In this document: positions 43,422 to 53,638 of the stretch, piece after piece
Numbering within the stretch: the stretch's first letter is position 1
Layout of the letters: each line of letters opens with the position of its first letter
Source: a virus
Taxonomy: Duplodnaviria > Caudoviricetes
Virus record (IMG/VR): IMGVR_UViG_3300023174_000197
Span: 1 to 56,751 of that record
Strand: one strand, 5' to 3'
Length of the DNA stretch: 56,751 nt
The notes under the pieces: generated by a model
What the model saw: only the letters and a program-made list of their open reading frames with translations
Told to the model about the DNA's origin: nothing
The model's database searches: none
Program-made: the position numbers and the translations under genes

Positions 43422-44576
43422 TTACTCTATTTCCTTTGACTCTGCAACTTCAAAATCATCTTTGCAGAGACTTTGTAGTACATGCTTCTTGAGTTGACTT
43501 GCATCATATCCCAAGTCGGCATATTTGAATGCAAATTTTATGACGTCAGTGCCTTTGTAAAATTGCTGCAAGTAAAGAGCAAATTCTTTGCGTGACTCTT
43601 TTGGAGCATCTGCAACAACCAATGCAACCTTGAGAACAGTTTCTTGTACTTTGCAGTTGATTGCATCAACGTATGCATCAAACTCAGGAATGAGTTCTTC
43701 TGGTAGTGCTTTGCGAATCTCTTCTTGTTCACCTTGCTGCACAGCTTCAAGCACACGCTTGAAAGTGAACTGAGCAATGATGCGATGCAAACGCATGTAG
43801 TCTTCAGATTTGAACTTGAAGATGCTTCCATCAGAGAAATGTACTACAAAGCCTTCGAATTCAGTGCCCTTGGTAGCATTGAGCCACATGAGCATGTCTT
43901 CTTGAGAATTGAATTGACGATTGTGTGAATAGTATGGCCAATTAGGAATTGCATTACCACCATAGAAGCATTCACCAGTTTGTCGATTGCGCTGACCTAA
44001 AAGAATTAGTTTGCTTCGATCATACTTCACAACAATCTGGCAGATTGGATCAATGATTTCAAACAAGTAGGTATTCTTTGGGTGCAATACTGCTTTTTCA
44101 GACACCACCAGTTCATCAAAGATCTTCTGACCTACAACACCAATATCAGAGTTGAGAGAGCCGCGAGTAGTGATGTGCCATTTGTCATGCCAATGAAAGC
44201 AAATGCCAAGCGAACCATCTTCTTTATCAAAAATTTGCTTGATAGATGCACCAGCAGCAGGATAATGAATACCACCTTCACCATAGTTGAAGAACTTGGA
44301 GAAAGGAAGAGCTACAATGCGATAAGGAGAAAGAGTATCTGCAGCATCAAAGATGATGCCACGGCAATGTTGCACCAGAGGATCCCAAGCAACAGCATTA
44401 TGCTCGTACTGATAGGTCTTGGAGTAAGTAACAAGCACGAGACCTTGACGTTCACCTTGACCAACATTGACAATGAGCTCTCCTTTTTCGATATGAGGTT
44501 GCAAGGCATTCCACAATGCTAATCCATCAATTGAATTGGTTTCGTAGTTCCAGAAATGTTGTGCTAAGTAATTCAT
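43422..44576 (-). CDS. RNA ligase 1 (T4 RnlA family)
   Basis: CRGIIF, PFSKFFNYGE, KEDGSL, TRGS, TYLFEI, EGFVV, KFKSEDY. Confidence 0.88.
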   Translation of the reverse strand: MNYLAQHFWNYETNSIDGLALWNALQPHIEKGELIVNVGQGERQGLVLVTYSKTYQYEHNAVAWDPLVQHCRGIIFDAADTLSPYRIVALPFSKFFNYGEGGIHYPAAGASIKQIFDKEDGSLGICFHWHDKWHITTRGSLNSDIGVVGQKIFDELVVSEKAVLHPKNTYLFEIIDPICQIVVKYDRSKLILLGQRNRQTGECFYGGNAIPNWPYYSHNRQFNSQEDMLMWLNATKGTEFEGFVVHFSDGSIFKFKSEDYMRLHRIIAQFTFKRVLEAVQQGEQEEIRKALPEELIPEFDAYVDAINCKVQETVLKVALVVADAPKESRKEFALYLQQFYKGTDVIKFAFKYADLGYDASQLKKHVLQSLCKDDFEVAESKEIE

Positions 44577-44650
44577 GTGTTAATGTTTGTTGTCTACAGC
44601 AATACTATATATTAGGAAGCACACCCATGCAACTAAAATTAAATATAACA

Positions 44651-44947
44651 TTATAGTTCCTCGTTGAGTTCTTTGATTTTCATCTTTGCATATGACTTGA
44701 GTATCTCATTTAGTTCTTGTGAGGAACCATTGTACTCAGCACCAAAGACAGTAAGCAAATTGCTGCGCAATGCACTGTCAGGCATGTCTACAACATAATC
44801 TGCAATGAGTTCAGCTGCATTGCTGTTGGTAACTGGTTCCTTGCTGAGATGTACTCCAATAAAATATGGTGTACTTATTGCTAACAAAATAGTTGCAAAT
44901 ATTAAAGCTGCAAAGCATCCTTGTTTGATTTTTGTTGTAGTGTCCAT
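44651..44947 (-). CDS. membrane-anchored hypothetical protein
   Basis: N-terminal TM segment. Confidence 0.6.
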   Translation of the reverse strand: MDTTTKIKQGCFAALIFATILLAISTPYFIGVHLSKEPVTNSNAAELIADYVVDMPDSALRSNLLTVFGAEYNGSSQELNEILKSYAKMKIKELNEEL

Positions 44948-44964
44948 GTCTTGTTTTCTATATG

Positions 44965-46062
44965 TTATTCATACGTTCTAATTGCTGTCACAAAAGGAAA
45001 GCGGGGGATGTTGTCTGGCGTTAAGTTGAAGAATTTAACTGTAGCTGGTTTGCCAATGAGATCAACTTTTTCTTTGAGAAGTTGTGCACAATATTCACGA
45101 GAGCCTTTGATGTTACTGTTAAAACGAACACCTTGCTCATTTGCAAACGTCATGGCTCCTGCACCACCTGCACGATTGCCTTCACCTTCAATGACGTCAA
45201 GAATAATGTACTCCTTGTCTTGAAATTCTTTGCGCTTCAAAAGGTTTTTGCTGCGCTTGTTCTCATAGGGTTTATCCAGGCGAACCATTTGACCCTCATA
45301 ACCTTCATTGATGTACTTCTCATACAACTCATCCAAATAATGTCGCTGCTGTACAAATTCAGTTGGCACTTCTTGAATGCATCCTCCAACTCTATCAACA
45401 ACTTCTTGCACAATGTGATAAAAGCGCTTGCTGAAAGCTTTGCTCGCATCAACTGCATCATAAATCCAATACTGAATGCTAGCTGCAGAGTCAGCTAAAT
45501 CTTGAGCAGTAGGCTTGGTCTTTTTAACAAGAGAACAAATAGCATTGAAGTCATTGCTGAACTTGTCGCAATACAATTCACCATCCAAAACTAAATTTGG
45601 ATTGGATGCAAAGATGTGTTCTAATGCTTGTTCAATGTGAGGCACACTTGCAAACTTCTTACCATTGCGGCTCCACAAACCATCTTTGCGAGCAATGCAT
45701 CGAATACCATCCAGCTTGAATTGCGAATAAACAGGGAATTGAATTTCATTAGCATAGTCCTCGTACTTCTTGGCCAACATGGGCTCAGTGAACGTCATGT
45801 TGTCAATGTCATTGATGTTTTCAAAACATCCACCATCTTTCTTTTTCTTCCACAGAGCCTTGGCATCTTTCAAAGCCTGCTCTTGCGCTGTGGTTGCATT
45901 AGCTTTGCCTTCGTTTTTAGGTTTGCAATGCGTTAGCTCAGTAGTCTGCTGCTTGCCATCAACTTGGCCAAAGTGAGTGCAGTAAGCATCACCAATGATT
46001 TCAATGGTCCAGTTTTGAACAGCACCAGTTGAAGTGCGAGAGTAGAGAGTGGGTAGTTTCAT
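44965..46062 (-). CDS. lig: ATP-dependent DNA ligase
   Basis: PMLA, Q.KLDGIR, SRNGK, LDGELY, YEGQM.R, KRSKNLLKRK, PRFP. Confidence 0.92.
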   Translation of the reverse strand: MKLPTLYSRTSTGAVQNWTIEIIGDAYCTHFGQVDGKQQTTELTHCKPKNEGKANATTAQEQALKDAKALWKKKKDGGCFENINDIDNMTFTEPMLAKKYEDYANEIQFPVYSQFKLDGIRCIARKDGLWSRNGKKFASVPHIEQALEHIFASNPNLVLDGELYCDKFSNDFNAICSLVKKTKPTAQDLADSAASIQYWIYDAVDASKAFSKRFYHIVQEVVDRVGGCIQEVPTEFVQQRHYLDELYEKYINEGYEGQMVRLDKPYENKRSKNLLKRKEFQDKEYIILDVIEGEGNRAGGAGAMTFANEQGVRFNSNIKGSREYCAQLLKEKVDLIGKPATVKFFNLTPDNIPRFPFVTAIRTYE

Positions 46063-46065
46063 AAA

Positions 46066-46380
46066 TTATGCTTCGTAAACATTATATTCTGTTGCTTCGT
46101 CTTCAGAAACTTCTTTGTAGTGTTCAACTTCAATGTCTTGAGGGTATTCATCCTCCCAGTCATAGCTTCTGATATTTTTTTCAACTGCAGCTTCTGCAAT
46201 TTCCTGTGCATTCTTCCAATCAATTGGATTATCAGCAGCAACACGCACATTGACATATGCAATTTGCTTGCGACTCACTTGAATCTCATAGTAGAGATAT
46301 TGAGGCTCTTTGTCTTTGATGGTGTCTACCGTATCGTAGACCTTGTCTGGCTCAGTGTATTCTAGTTTGAAGTCTTGCAT
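46066..46380 (-). CDS. acidic hypothetical protein
   Basis: 104-aa ORF. Confidence 0.65.
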   Translation of the reverse strand: MQDFKLEYTEPDKVYDTVDTIKDKEPQYLYYEIQVSRKQIAYVNVRVAADNPIDWKNAQEIAEAAVEKNIRSYDWEDEYPQDIEVEHYKEVSEDEATEYNVYEA

Positions 46381-46381
46381 G

Positions 46382-47470
46382 TTATTGATTGATGAGTTGT
46401 TTGTGCATCTCCTTTACAAAGACAATTATAGCAGCTTGAGTCATTTCAAGCAACTTGTATTTGTTGAGTTCCCTAACTTTGTTCATGATTTGACCAACAA
46501 GTTTGCCATCATTTTCAGATAGATCAAGCCACTGCATGACCAGCTTGCCATTGACTTTCTCTTTGATGACTTTGTCAACTTCATAAAGCAAACGGAATCC
46601 GTCAATGGCACGCTGCAGATGAGAATACTTGCATTGCATCAACAAACTATACTCATGCTTGCTACGAAATGGTTCACCAACTTTGTCAGAGTCAGCAACA
46701 TATTCCATGAAACGCATGTACATGCCACGCTTGCGATTGCGAGTGCGATTGGTGTGGTTGAGATTTTCAAGCTTGAATAGATCAGGATCAAAGTATTTGC
46801 TGTCAACAACAAATTCAAAAGCATCTTGCTCTGTATCAAAGCCTTGCTTCCAGCGACTGTAATCAAAGCCACCAATTGCACAAATCTCTTGCATGTCTCT
46901 GGTCAATACAACTTTGTCATAGATGTGATCACTGTCACTCCATTGCAAGTTGTTGTCAAACAAGCCTTGACGAATCCAGAAAGAAAGACCAGAGTGGCCA
47001 AAGTGCAGACCCATTTTATGAAATACACGGCCCATGATGTTGCCCAGATCGCCCCATGAAGAGTAATCAACAGCCATGTTAAATTCTGACATGGGGTGAA
47101 AGGTTACATCCACTTGAAAGCCATTATAAGGAAAAGAATAAACATTGCTGTTCTTGAATGGCTTGTAGCCAAATTCCTTCTCAAGATATTTGCCAAAGTC
47201 TTGTTCATCTCTCCACTCAACAACAACGTCTGAGTCTTGATAACTACCCATGATGATGTCTAAGTCGCCATGAGTCTCTTTGTTTCGGATACAAGGAGCA
47301 ACAATGCCTCTTGAAGATCCTACCACCTTGATGCTACTAGGGCCTACCAGCCTGCTAATGGACCGATCTTGCTGAAACTTATTCAGCAATTCATCCTTGA
47401 TGCGATTGTATTCATCTGTAGGAATACGTTTTTCTGGAAGATTCCAGGTTTTAAGAAGATTTCCGCCCAT
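46382..47470 (-). CDS. putative Pol-beta-family nucleotidyltransferase
   Basis: MGGN N-terminus; K.THGDLDII, FQVD, DLGN..GR motifs. Confidence 0.6.
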   Translation of the reverse strand: MGGNLLKTWNLPEKRIPTDEYNRIKDELLNKFQQDRSISRLVGPSSIKVVGSSRGIVAPCIRNKETHGDLDIIMGSYQDSDVVVEWRDEQDFGKYLEKEFGYKPFKNSNVYSFPYNGFQVDVTFHPMSEFNMAVDYSSWGDLGNIMGRVFHKMGLHFGHSGLSFWIRQGLFDNNLQWSDSDHIYDKVVLTRDMQEICAIGGFDYSRWKQGFDTEQDAFEFVVDSKYFDPDLFKLENLNHTNRTRNRKRGMYMRFMEYVADSDKVGEPFRSKHEYSLLMQCKYSHLQRAIDGFRLLYEVDKVIKEKVNGKLVMQWLDLSENDGKLVGQIMNKVRELNKYKLLEMTQAAIIVFVKEMHKQLINQ

Positions 47471-47632
47471 TGTTAAGCTACGTTGTTGAGATTGTTGATG
47501 AAGATGTTGTTGAAGTCAGGAACTTCAACGGATACTGGCCAATGCCAAGCAAAGCCGCCATGCAGAATCATTGCAAAGCAACCAATGCCAATGAGCAGCA
47601 AAGCAAAAAAGCGGCAGACTGAATTAACAATG

Positions 47633-47872
47633 TTACCATTTGATGTACCAGTAGTTTTCATATGTGTTGTTGTTTCCATTGAAGATACTATACTCTAGTT
47701 CCCGTAGCTCATCAACAACTTTTTCACAAAGTTTGCCTGTATATACAAAAGTAAACAAGCCTTTGAGAGTATGCTGATGAATTTCGTCCATGATTTTATT
47801 CATTTGCATGGCGCATTCATCAGCATACTGTTCAGATTGTTTTCTGGCTTCAGCAGCAGATATCTTATTCAT
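47633..47872 (-). CDS. hypothetical protein
   Basis: Start MNKIS; ELRELEY...I.W C-terminus. Confidence 0.6.
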   Translation of the reverse strand: MNKISAAEARKQSEQYADECAMQMNKIMDEIHQHTLKGLFTFVYTGKLCEKVVDELRELEYSIFNGNNNTYENYWYIKW

Positions 47873-48128
47873 AATTTTTGCAGATGATGACATCATTTTT
47901 CATATCATAAATCACAGTTTTGATGACTTTGTCACCATGCATGGTGGTATTCTGCGTTACCAACGGATCACCATGCTCATCAGTTGCCAAGGTTTCTGTA
48001 TAGTAGTGGTGGCCTGTGATTTTAATTGGAACTGTTTTGGCTGTTTTTTTGTATTTGAACAGCTCTTTGACTTTGGTTGGTTTCTCAACCTTGACTTTGG
48101 CTTTTTTGGTTTTGATTTTGCGTTTCAT
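47865..48128 (-). CDS. basic hypothetical protein
   Basis: 87 aa, Lys-rich N-terminus. Confidence 0.55.
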   Translation of the reverse strand: MKRKIKTKKAKVKVEKPTKVKELFKYKKTAKTVPIKITGHHYYTETLATDEHGDPLVTQNTTMHGDKVIKTVIYDMKNDVIICKNYE

Positions 48129-48381
48129 GTTGCAATACTATGTCTGCTACTTTTGCATAACCGCAGATGTCAATCAAGTTATCACGCTTGCTTTGATGCA
48201 TCTGACGACATACTTTAGTGGCAATATTGCACAGTGCAACTTGTTCCGCAGTTACAGGTGTTCTGAGAATTATACTCCACATGGCTGCAATTTCAGCCAT
48301 GTTGATGGATGGATGACCATATTGCTTGCAGCGGTCTTCAGCAGTCAACTGCTCTGCTATGATGCAAACAGAATCACTCAT
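48085..48381 (-). CDS. DUF6378 domain protein
   Basis: DR..QYGHP..N..IA.MWS...VA.C....K..R...KRDN.IDI.GYA. Confidence 0.8.
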   Translation of the reverse strand: MSDSVCIIAEQLTAEDRCKQYGHPSINMAEIAAMWSIILRTPVTAEQVALCNIATKVCRQMHQSKRDNLIDICGYAKVADIVLQHETQNQNQKSQSQG

Positions 48382-48649
48382 TGCTGATGAATGTGTTGGT
48401 TTGTTCATCATATTCAGCTTCACCAATGCACTCCACTGGCTGAGTCAGTTCACCAAAGTTGATGATGCGGATGCCTTGATTTTCAATGTCCCAAACTCGC
48501 TCATTGTCTTGAGCCAGTGGTACACTGCGAATGCCTTTGACGTTTTTATCAAAGAACTGCGCTACAGCATTTTCTGAAAATGGTTTGACGAATTTGATGT
48601 CGCGCAGTTGTCCGCTTTTCTTTTTGAATTGTGTTTGATAAACTTTCAT
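48374..48649 (-). CDS. WYL-like / SH3 beta-barrel protein
   Basis: F.KK.G..R...VWDIE..G.R pattern. Confidence 0.55.
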   Translation of the reverse strand: MKVYQTQFKKKSGQLRDIKFVKPFSENAVAQFFDKNVKGIRSVPLAQDNERVWDIENQGIRIINFGELTQPVECIGEAEYDEQTNTFISNE

Positions 48650-48697
48650 ACACACAATGTGCATGCATTTGTATCTTAATCAACTCAAAATTTTAGG

Positions 48698-48868
48698 TCA
48701 TTTGTTTACAAATTGCAAATCATTTGCAAGCACTGTTTCTTTCTTATCTGTTGCTTGATTCAAAAGAGGATTAAGAATAGCTTCTAATTGAGCAGTAGCA
48801 ACACCAAGCTGAAATTGAGCATTGGCGAAATTTGATAATGCTGTTTGGATTTCTTTAGATGTAGTCAT
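48698..48868 (-). CDS. small coiled-coil protein
   Basis: Manual 56-aa ORF MTTSKEIQ...; TAAATA upstream. Confidence 0.5.
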   Translation of the reverse strand: MTTSKEIQTALSNFANAQFQLGVATAQLEAILNPLLNQATDKKETVLANDLQFVNK

Positions 48869-48930
48869 AAAACTTTATTTAGCAGTGATGAATTAAACAT
48901 CAACAACAGCTATAATAATTAGTAATTAAC

Positions 48931-49203
48931 TTATAAAATATTTTTAGGTGTTTCTAGAAGTTGAGCTTCGATTTGTGCAATAAGAGCTTTTCTATCTTCA
49001 TACGAAAGAGAAGCAGCGGAAGCACCAATGCGAGCAACTTCTGCGTCAAACAATGCTTTTACTTCAGCACCGATTGCACCATTTAAAATGGCAGCAAGAT
49101 ATTCTGGCTCGGTTAAAGTTACAGACGCGGACTCGTTGTAGCGAGCTAGCATCCCATTGAGGGCGTTCTGATATTCAGTGTCGAGTGTTAGTGGTATATT
49201 CAT
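48931..49203 (-). CDS. hypothetical protein, possible tail-fibre chaperone
   Basis: Directly follows the fibre gene. Confidence 0.55.
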   Translation of the reverse strand: MNIPLTLDTEYQNALNGMLARYNESASVTLTEPEYLAAILNGAIGAEVKALFDAEVARIGASAASLSYEDRKALIAQIEAQLLETPKNIL

Positions 49204-49208
49204 AGAGA

Positions 49209-51206
49209 TTAAGGATTAATGATTAGATAGCTAACGATAGAAGTATCTAGTGTAGCAGTTGCATTAGCGGTCTTGCTTGTGATCGTAAAGCTAGTTCCTG
49301 CAATTCGGGTGATACTGTAACTGTCACCAATTGTTCCACCATCAGTTTGACGATTTACGAAGATTCGTGAGCCTGCTACAATATTAGTATCTGAAACGGT
49401 TACTGTGCCAGATACTAGCGTTGCTGTACCGTGTCTAATAAGACCAGATGGTGTACCATTTGTTCCAACCACAACACCTCCATTTGTTGTCGTACCGGTT
49501 CCACCCACAAGGATTAGATTTGCACCTGCTCCAGCAGTACCGTTACATGCTTTAATCGTCTGGTTGACTCCAGATGCTGCATTAATTCCAAGCTGCAGGG
49601 TCGCAGCTGCTGCACTATTTAAAGTTGTTGCTAGAGAGCCATTAGCTTGAGAGATTGTTATTTGTCCAGGCTCAGCATAAAAATACTGCGATCCAGGATT
49701 CGCCGCGTTTGCAAAAAGCCAATTTGCTGCAATGAGTTTTGAGAAAGTAGATGGTGAAGTTATAACTTGTTGAACACCACCTAAAATAATGCCACCATCT
49801 TTACCAACTCTAAACAACGTACCACCAGCAGTTGTACCTACATCAATTAAATTGGCAGTTGCACCACTTGCTGTATTTGCTACACGGCCATAGATTAATG
49901 TAGGGTTACCTGTTGTATTCCAGTTAGCTGAAAGATTGAGTGTGTTTGCAGATTGGGATCCGGTGAGAGTTGGTCCTGGTGCAGTAATGCCACCATCTTT
50001 ACCAACTCTAAACAACGTACCACCAGCAGTTGTACCTACATCAATTAAATTGGCAGTTGCACCACTTGCTGTATTTGCTACACGTCCATAAATCAATGCA
50101 GGATTACCTGTTGTATTCCAGTTAGCAGATACATTAAGAGTATTTGTTGCTTGAGAGCCTGTGAGAGTTGGTCCTGGTGCGGATATAGAACCAGTGATAG
50201 TTATCCCACCTGCTGCTCCAATATTGATTCTTTCAACAGTATCAGTTAAAAATGATATTGCTCTTGCTGTTTGTCCAGCTCCTAATCTTTCAGTCCCAAT
50301 TTGGAAAACATTAGAATTCCATCTAATAAATCCTCTTTCATTGTTAGAACCATTTGTGAATGTGTTGTATATACGAAAGATTTGTGCATTTGTACCGTTG
50401 CGTTGAGCTATTGCATTAGCTTCATCTCTATAAAACATAGCATCAGTCCAACCAATGGAGTTAGCATTTGGCCAGACGCTCTGATCTGTTAACATGTTAC
50501 CATTGTAAGATGGCCACGTAACATTTATTGCTAATCCATTATTTGGTGGTGTAACATATACACTACCACCACCATCAGAATTACTATAAGATATGGAGTC
50601 AGGAGATATTGTTGTGGATATTTCACCAGATGCATTACCTCTATAAATATTTATGAGATTATTTGCAATTGTATATCCGCTATAAGCAGTTAAATAATCT
50701 CCTGCAAAATTGGTAATATTACCTGTCATGGCGGCACCAGATAATGGTAAATATTTACCTACTGGATTCCATGAACCAGAAGTTGTTTGCACAGTGGAAT
50801 ATGCACTATTCCATTGATTGCTGTTGCCTGATAAACTATAAATGATGGATGATGCACTTATGGCTCCATTGACTGTAAAATCTACATTGGGTGATGATGT
50901 CTTGACACCAACATTGGGAAACGATCCATTGTTGCCACCCACATGCAATACTTCTACGTTCTGATCAATGTCGTAGAATGAAGCAATGTCACCTGTACCA
51001 TTGTTGCCTACCCATAATGCAGGGCCAGATCCAACGTGCACAACGCTGACTGCACTTGTTGTGGAAAATACTGTGTTGTTGAATGTCTGAGTACCACTGC
51101 ATGACAAGTTTCCAAAGATGGTTATATCACTATTGAATCTAGTTGGACCAACAAACGTTTTGTTGCTCAAGCTTTGTGTCGTAGTTGTTGTTACATGAAT
51201 TGGCAT
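49209..51206 (-). CDS. tail fibre / receptor-binding-like protein
   Basis: Gly/Thr/Asn-rich; YLPLSGAAMTG motif; 66-aa internal duplication; G.ATLV.GTVTV C-terminal domain. Confidence 0.75.
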   Translation of the reverse strand: MPIHVTTTTTQSLSNKTFVGPTRFNSDITIFGNLSCSGTQTFNNTVFSTTSAVSVVHVGSGPALWVGNNGTGDIASFYDIDQNVEVLHVGGNNGSFPNVGVKTSSPNVDFTVNGAISASSIIYSLSGNSNQWNSAYSTVQTTSGSWNPVGKYLPLSGAAMTGNITNFAGDYLTAYSGYTIANNLINIYRGNASGEISTTISPDSISYSNSDGGGSVYVTPPNNGLAINVTWPSYNGNMLTDQSVWPNANSIGWTDAMFYRDEANAIAQRNGTNAQIFRIYNTFTNGSNNERGFIRWNSNVFQIGTERLGAGQTARAISFLTDTVERINIGAAGGITITGSISAPGPTLTGSQATNTLNVSANWNTTGNPALIYGRVANTASGATANLIDVGTTAGGTLFRVGKDGGITAPGPTLTGSQSANTLNLSANWNTTGNPTLIYGRVANTASGATANLIDVGTTAGGTLFRVGKDGGIILGGVQQVITSPSTFSKLIAANWLFANAANPGSQYFYAEPGQITISQANGSLATTLNSAAAATLQLGINAASGVNQTIKACNGTAGAGANLILVGGTGTTTNGGVVVGTNGTPSGLIRHGTATLVSGTVTVSDTNIVAGSRIFVNRQTDGGTIGDSYSITRIAGTSFTITSKTANATATLDTSIVSYLIINP
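49788..50180. repeat. 198-bp tandem duplication within the fibre gene
   Basis: APGPTLTGSQ...GRVANTASGATANLIDVGTTAGGTLFRVGKDGGI x2; gccaccatct at 49791 and 49989. Confidence 0.9.
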
Positions 51207-51207
51207 A

Positions 51208-53283
51208 TTATATTAAAGTAGTTGTGAGTTCACCAGCATCTGTTACTGTTACTCTGTATCTAAAATTGCTGGGTGATCTTAAAATGATGCCTTTGGTGGA
51301 ATCTGTGATTTCAATATCTTGGTTGGTGGATACTGTCCCAGTAAGTGTGCCACCTGATAACTTTAAGAAATTACTATTTAAATAGTTTACTGTAGCATAT
51401 GCTGATAAATTATTAAGGAAAGCAGTAGTCTGTACAGTACCATTTGGAAATTTTAAACCACCGTCTCTACCAAAAGTCCACTCATAAGCAGATAATGGCC
51501 AGCTTGTTCCAATGAAAATGCCTTGATTGTTGTTTATTTGTATATACTGCTGACCATCTGTGCTAGCGATGCCACCTTGATCTGGTGGTGTTACAATCCA
51601 CCCTGGTGTACCATACTGAGAGCCAATGTAACCACCTCCAGGAAATGTTAAATTGCCATCACCACTCAATATCACTTGATAAGAGCCATTGACTAATCTA
51701 TCTGCAGATCCACCTCCTCCACCAAACAGTGTACTGATGTCGATGCCACCGGACAAAATCTGCCCATTGGTAACATTGAGTGAGCCATTCATGGTACCTC
51801 CATTGGCATATTGAACAGCTACACTGCCACCGCCTCCGCCCATGCTGTCTACATAAACTGCAAACTTGCGATACAACTCAGATTGCAAAGTTGCAGCTTG
51901 AGTTTGCAAGTCTTTGTTGAGCTGACTTTTGAATGCATTGATGGCATTGGAGATGGCTCTGTTTTGAGATGCTTCTTCAACAACTGTGTCTTGAGATGCT
52001 GCTTGTGAAAACTGCTCACGCAGAATCTGTTCCACCTGTTGTTCCACAGTTGCCAAGCGAGATGCATTGAGACTATCAACATGCAGTGTCAACTGTTGGG
52101 ATGCATCAGCAACTGCACTGGATACAATGTTGTCTACAGTTGATAATTTGCCATCAACTTGTTCACTGATTTGCAGCAAGTGTTGTTGTGTTTCACTCTG
52201 TGCATTTTGCATCTGTTGCAACAATGTTTGTTGCAACTCTTGTGACAAGCTCTGCAAAGATTCTTTGATGAATGTTATTTTGTTGTTGACAACATCATCA
52301 ATGAACATGGATTGATCATTCATCAATGCAGCAACAGAATCCTCAAAGGTCTTGATTTGCTGCAGCTTGATTTGCTGCTCCATGCTTTGCAACTGCTGTT
52401 CTACAAACACTTGCACCTGTTGTTGATGTTCAGTGTGTTGTGCAGACAGCTGCTGAAATTTCTCCTTGAATGATTTCTTGAGATTTTGCTGCAATGCATC
52501 TTTTGCATCAACTGCATTTTGCTTGATTTGCAATTGCAATTGCTCCAATTGTATAGCATTGTTTTCATACAACACTGCATTGCACTGCTCAACCACAGTA
52601 CTTTTGAATTTTGCTACAGCATCATCTGTGAATCTGCGTGCTACATTTTGCAGCTGATTGCTCAAGTCTTTGAACTCTTGTTGCAAGTCATCAACAGATG
52701 CATCCAGCTTTTGTTGAGATTGATGCTGCATTTGCATCTGAGATGCCAGAGTCTCTTGCAACATGCTGGTTTTGGCTTGCAACAACTGCTCATTGAGATG
52801 TTCATTGAGCTTGTTGTAAATGTTGCTCAGCGTCTTTTTGATGCGCTTTTCTTGGCTGTTGCGAGCTTGCTCTTTGAGAGCACCAGCATCTGGTACAGCC
52901 ATTATTTCCATGGTCTCTGGTGTATACTCAATGTATTGAGGCTCTTGTGCTATCTCACACAGTTGCTGCTCAATGCAAAAAGACTGCACTGGCGCAGCAT
53001 ATTCAAAGCCATGTTGCAACAAAGTTTCATTGATGAATACTTCATCTGCATCTGCTGCTACCAATTTGAACTCCACATCACGATACTCAATGCCTTGGTG
53101 TTCTACATTGAGCTTGATGACAGGACAACCATCAATGACGCGATCAGCTTTTTTGATGAATGACTCACCTTGAATTTCAACACTGTAAATATCAAAAAAC
53201 GCTTCCTGCAAACAGGAGCACATGATCAAGTTGTCTCCTGAATTTAAGATATTTGCACTTACTTGCTTGTTGTCCAGACGCAT
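51208..53283 (-). CDS. long coiled-coil structural protein with fibre-like C-terminus
   Basis: Gln-rich heptads, GGGGGSVAVQYANGG hinge, FLKLSGGTLTG, LRSP..RYRVTV.DAG.L tail. Confidence 0.7.
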   Translation of the reverse strand: MRLDNKQVSANILNSGDNLIMCSCLQEAFFDIYSVEIQGESFIKKADRVIDGCPVIKLNVEHQGIEYRDVEFKLVAADADEVFINETLLQHGFEYAAPVQSFCIEQQLCEIAQEPQYIEYTPETMEIMAVPDAGALKEQARNSQEKRIKKTLSNIYNKLNEHLNEQLLQAKTSMLQETLASQMQMQHQSQQKLDASVDDLQQEFKDLSNQLQNVARRFTDDAVAKFKSTVVEQCNAVLYENNAIQLEQLQLQIKQNAVDAKDALQQNLKKSFKEKFQQLSAQHTEHQQQVQVFVEQQLQSMEQQIKLQQIKTFEDSVAALMNDQSMFIDDVVNNKITFIKESLQSLSQELQQTLLQQMQNAQSETQQHLLQISEQVDGKLSTVDNIVSSAVADASQQLTLHVDSLNASRLATVEQQVEQILREQFSQAASQDTVVEEASQNRAISNAINAFKSQLNKDLQTQAATLQSELYRKFAVYVDSMGGGGGSVAVQYANGGTMNGSLNVTNGQILSGGIDISTLFGGGGGSADRLVNGSYQVILSGDGNLTFPGGGYIGSQYGTPGWIVTPPDQGGIASTDGQQYIQINNNQGIFIGTSWPLSAYEWTFGRDGGLKFPNGTVQTTAFLNNLSAYATVNYLNSNFLKLSGGTLTGTVSTNQDIEITDSTKGIILRSPSNFRYRVTVTDAGELTTTLI

Positions 53284-53353
53284 TTACAACTTATTTATGC
53301 GTCTCTGCAACTTATGCCATTATTCTCTTACATGTTTGCAAATATATACGTTT

Positions 53354-53638
53354 TCATTGATCGTTTTGATCACTCAATGTAACTGTATATTGTTCTTTAT
53401 TATTGAACATGTTTATGAGATAGAATTTAAATTGTTTTTCAAAATCTATTTGCTTGCTTTCAGGTACATGACTCAAAAATGCTTCATACAAGGTAATTAA
53501 AGAACCTGCTACAAACGCTGGATCAAAAGCTACATCTTGATGTTCATTTAAAATTTGAGCAGCAGGGTGAGGAATATTACTCTTCATATACTGACCAAGC
53601 ATTGCGATGGGTATAATGTCTTTAAAGCTTGTTGTCAT
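53354..53638 (-). CDS. hypothetical protein
   Basis: Start MTTSF. Confidence 0.6.
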   Translation of the reverse strand: MTTSFKDIIPIAMLGQYMKSNIPHPAAQILNEHQDVAFDPAFVAGSLITLYEAFLSHVPESKQIDFEKQFKFYLINMFNNKEQYTVTLSDQNDQ

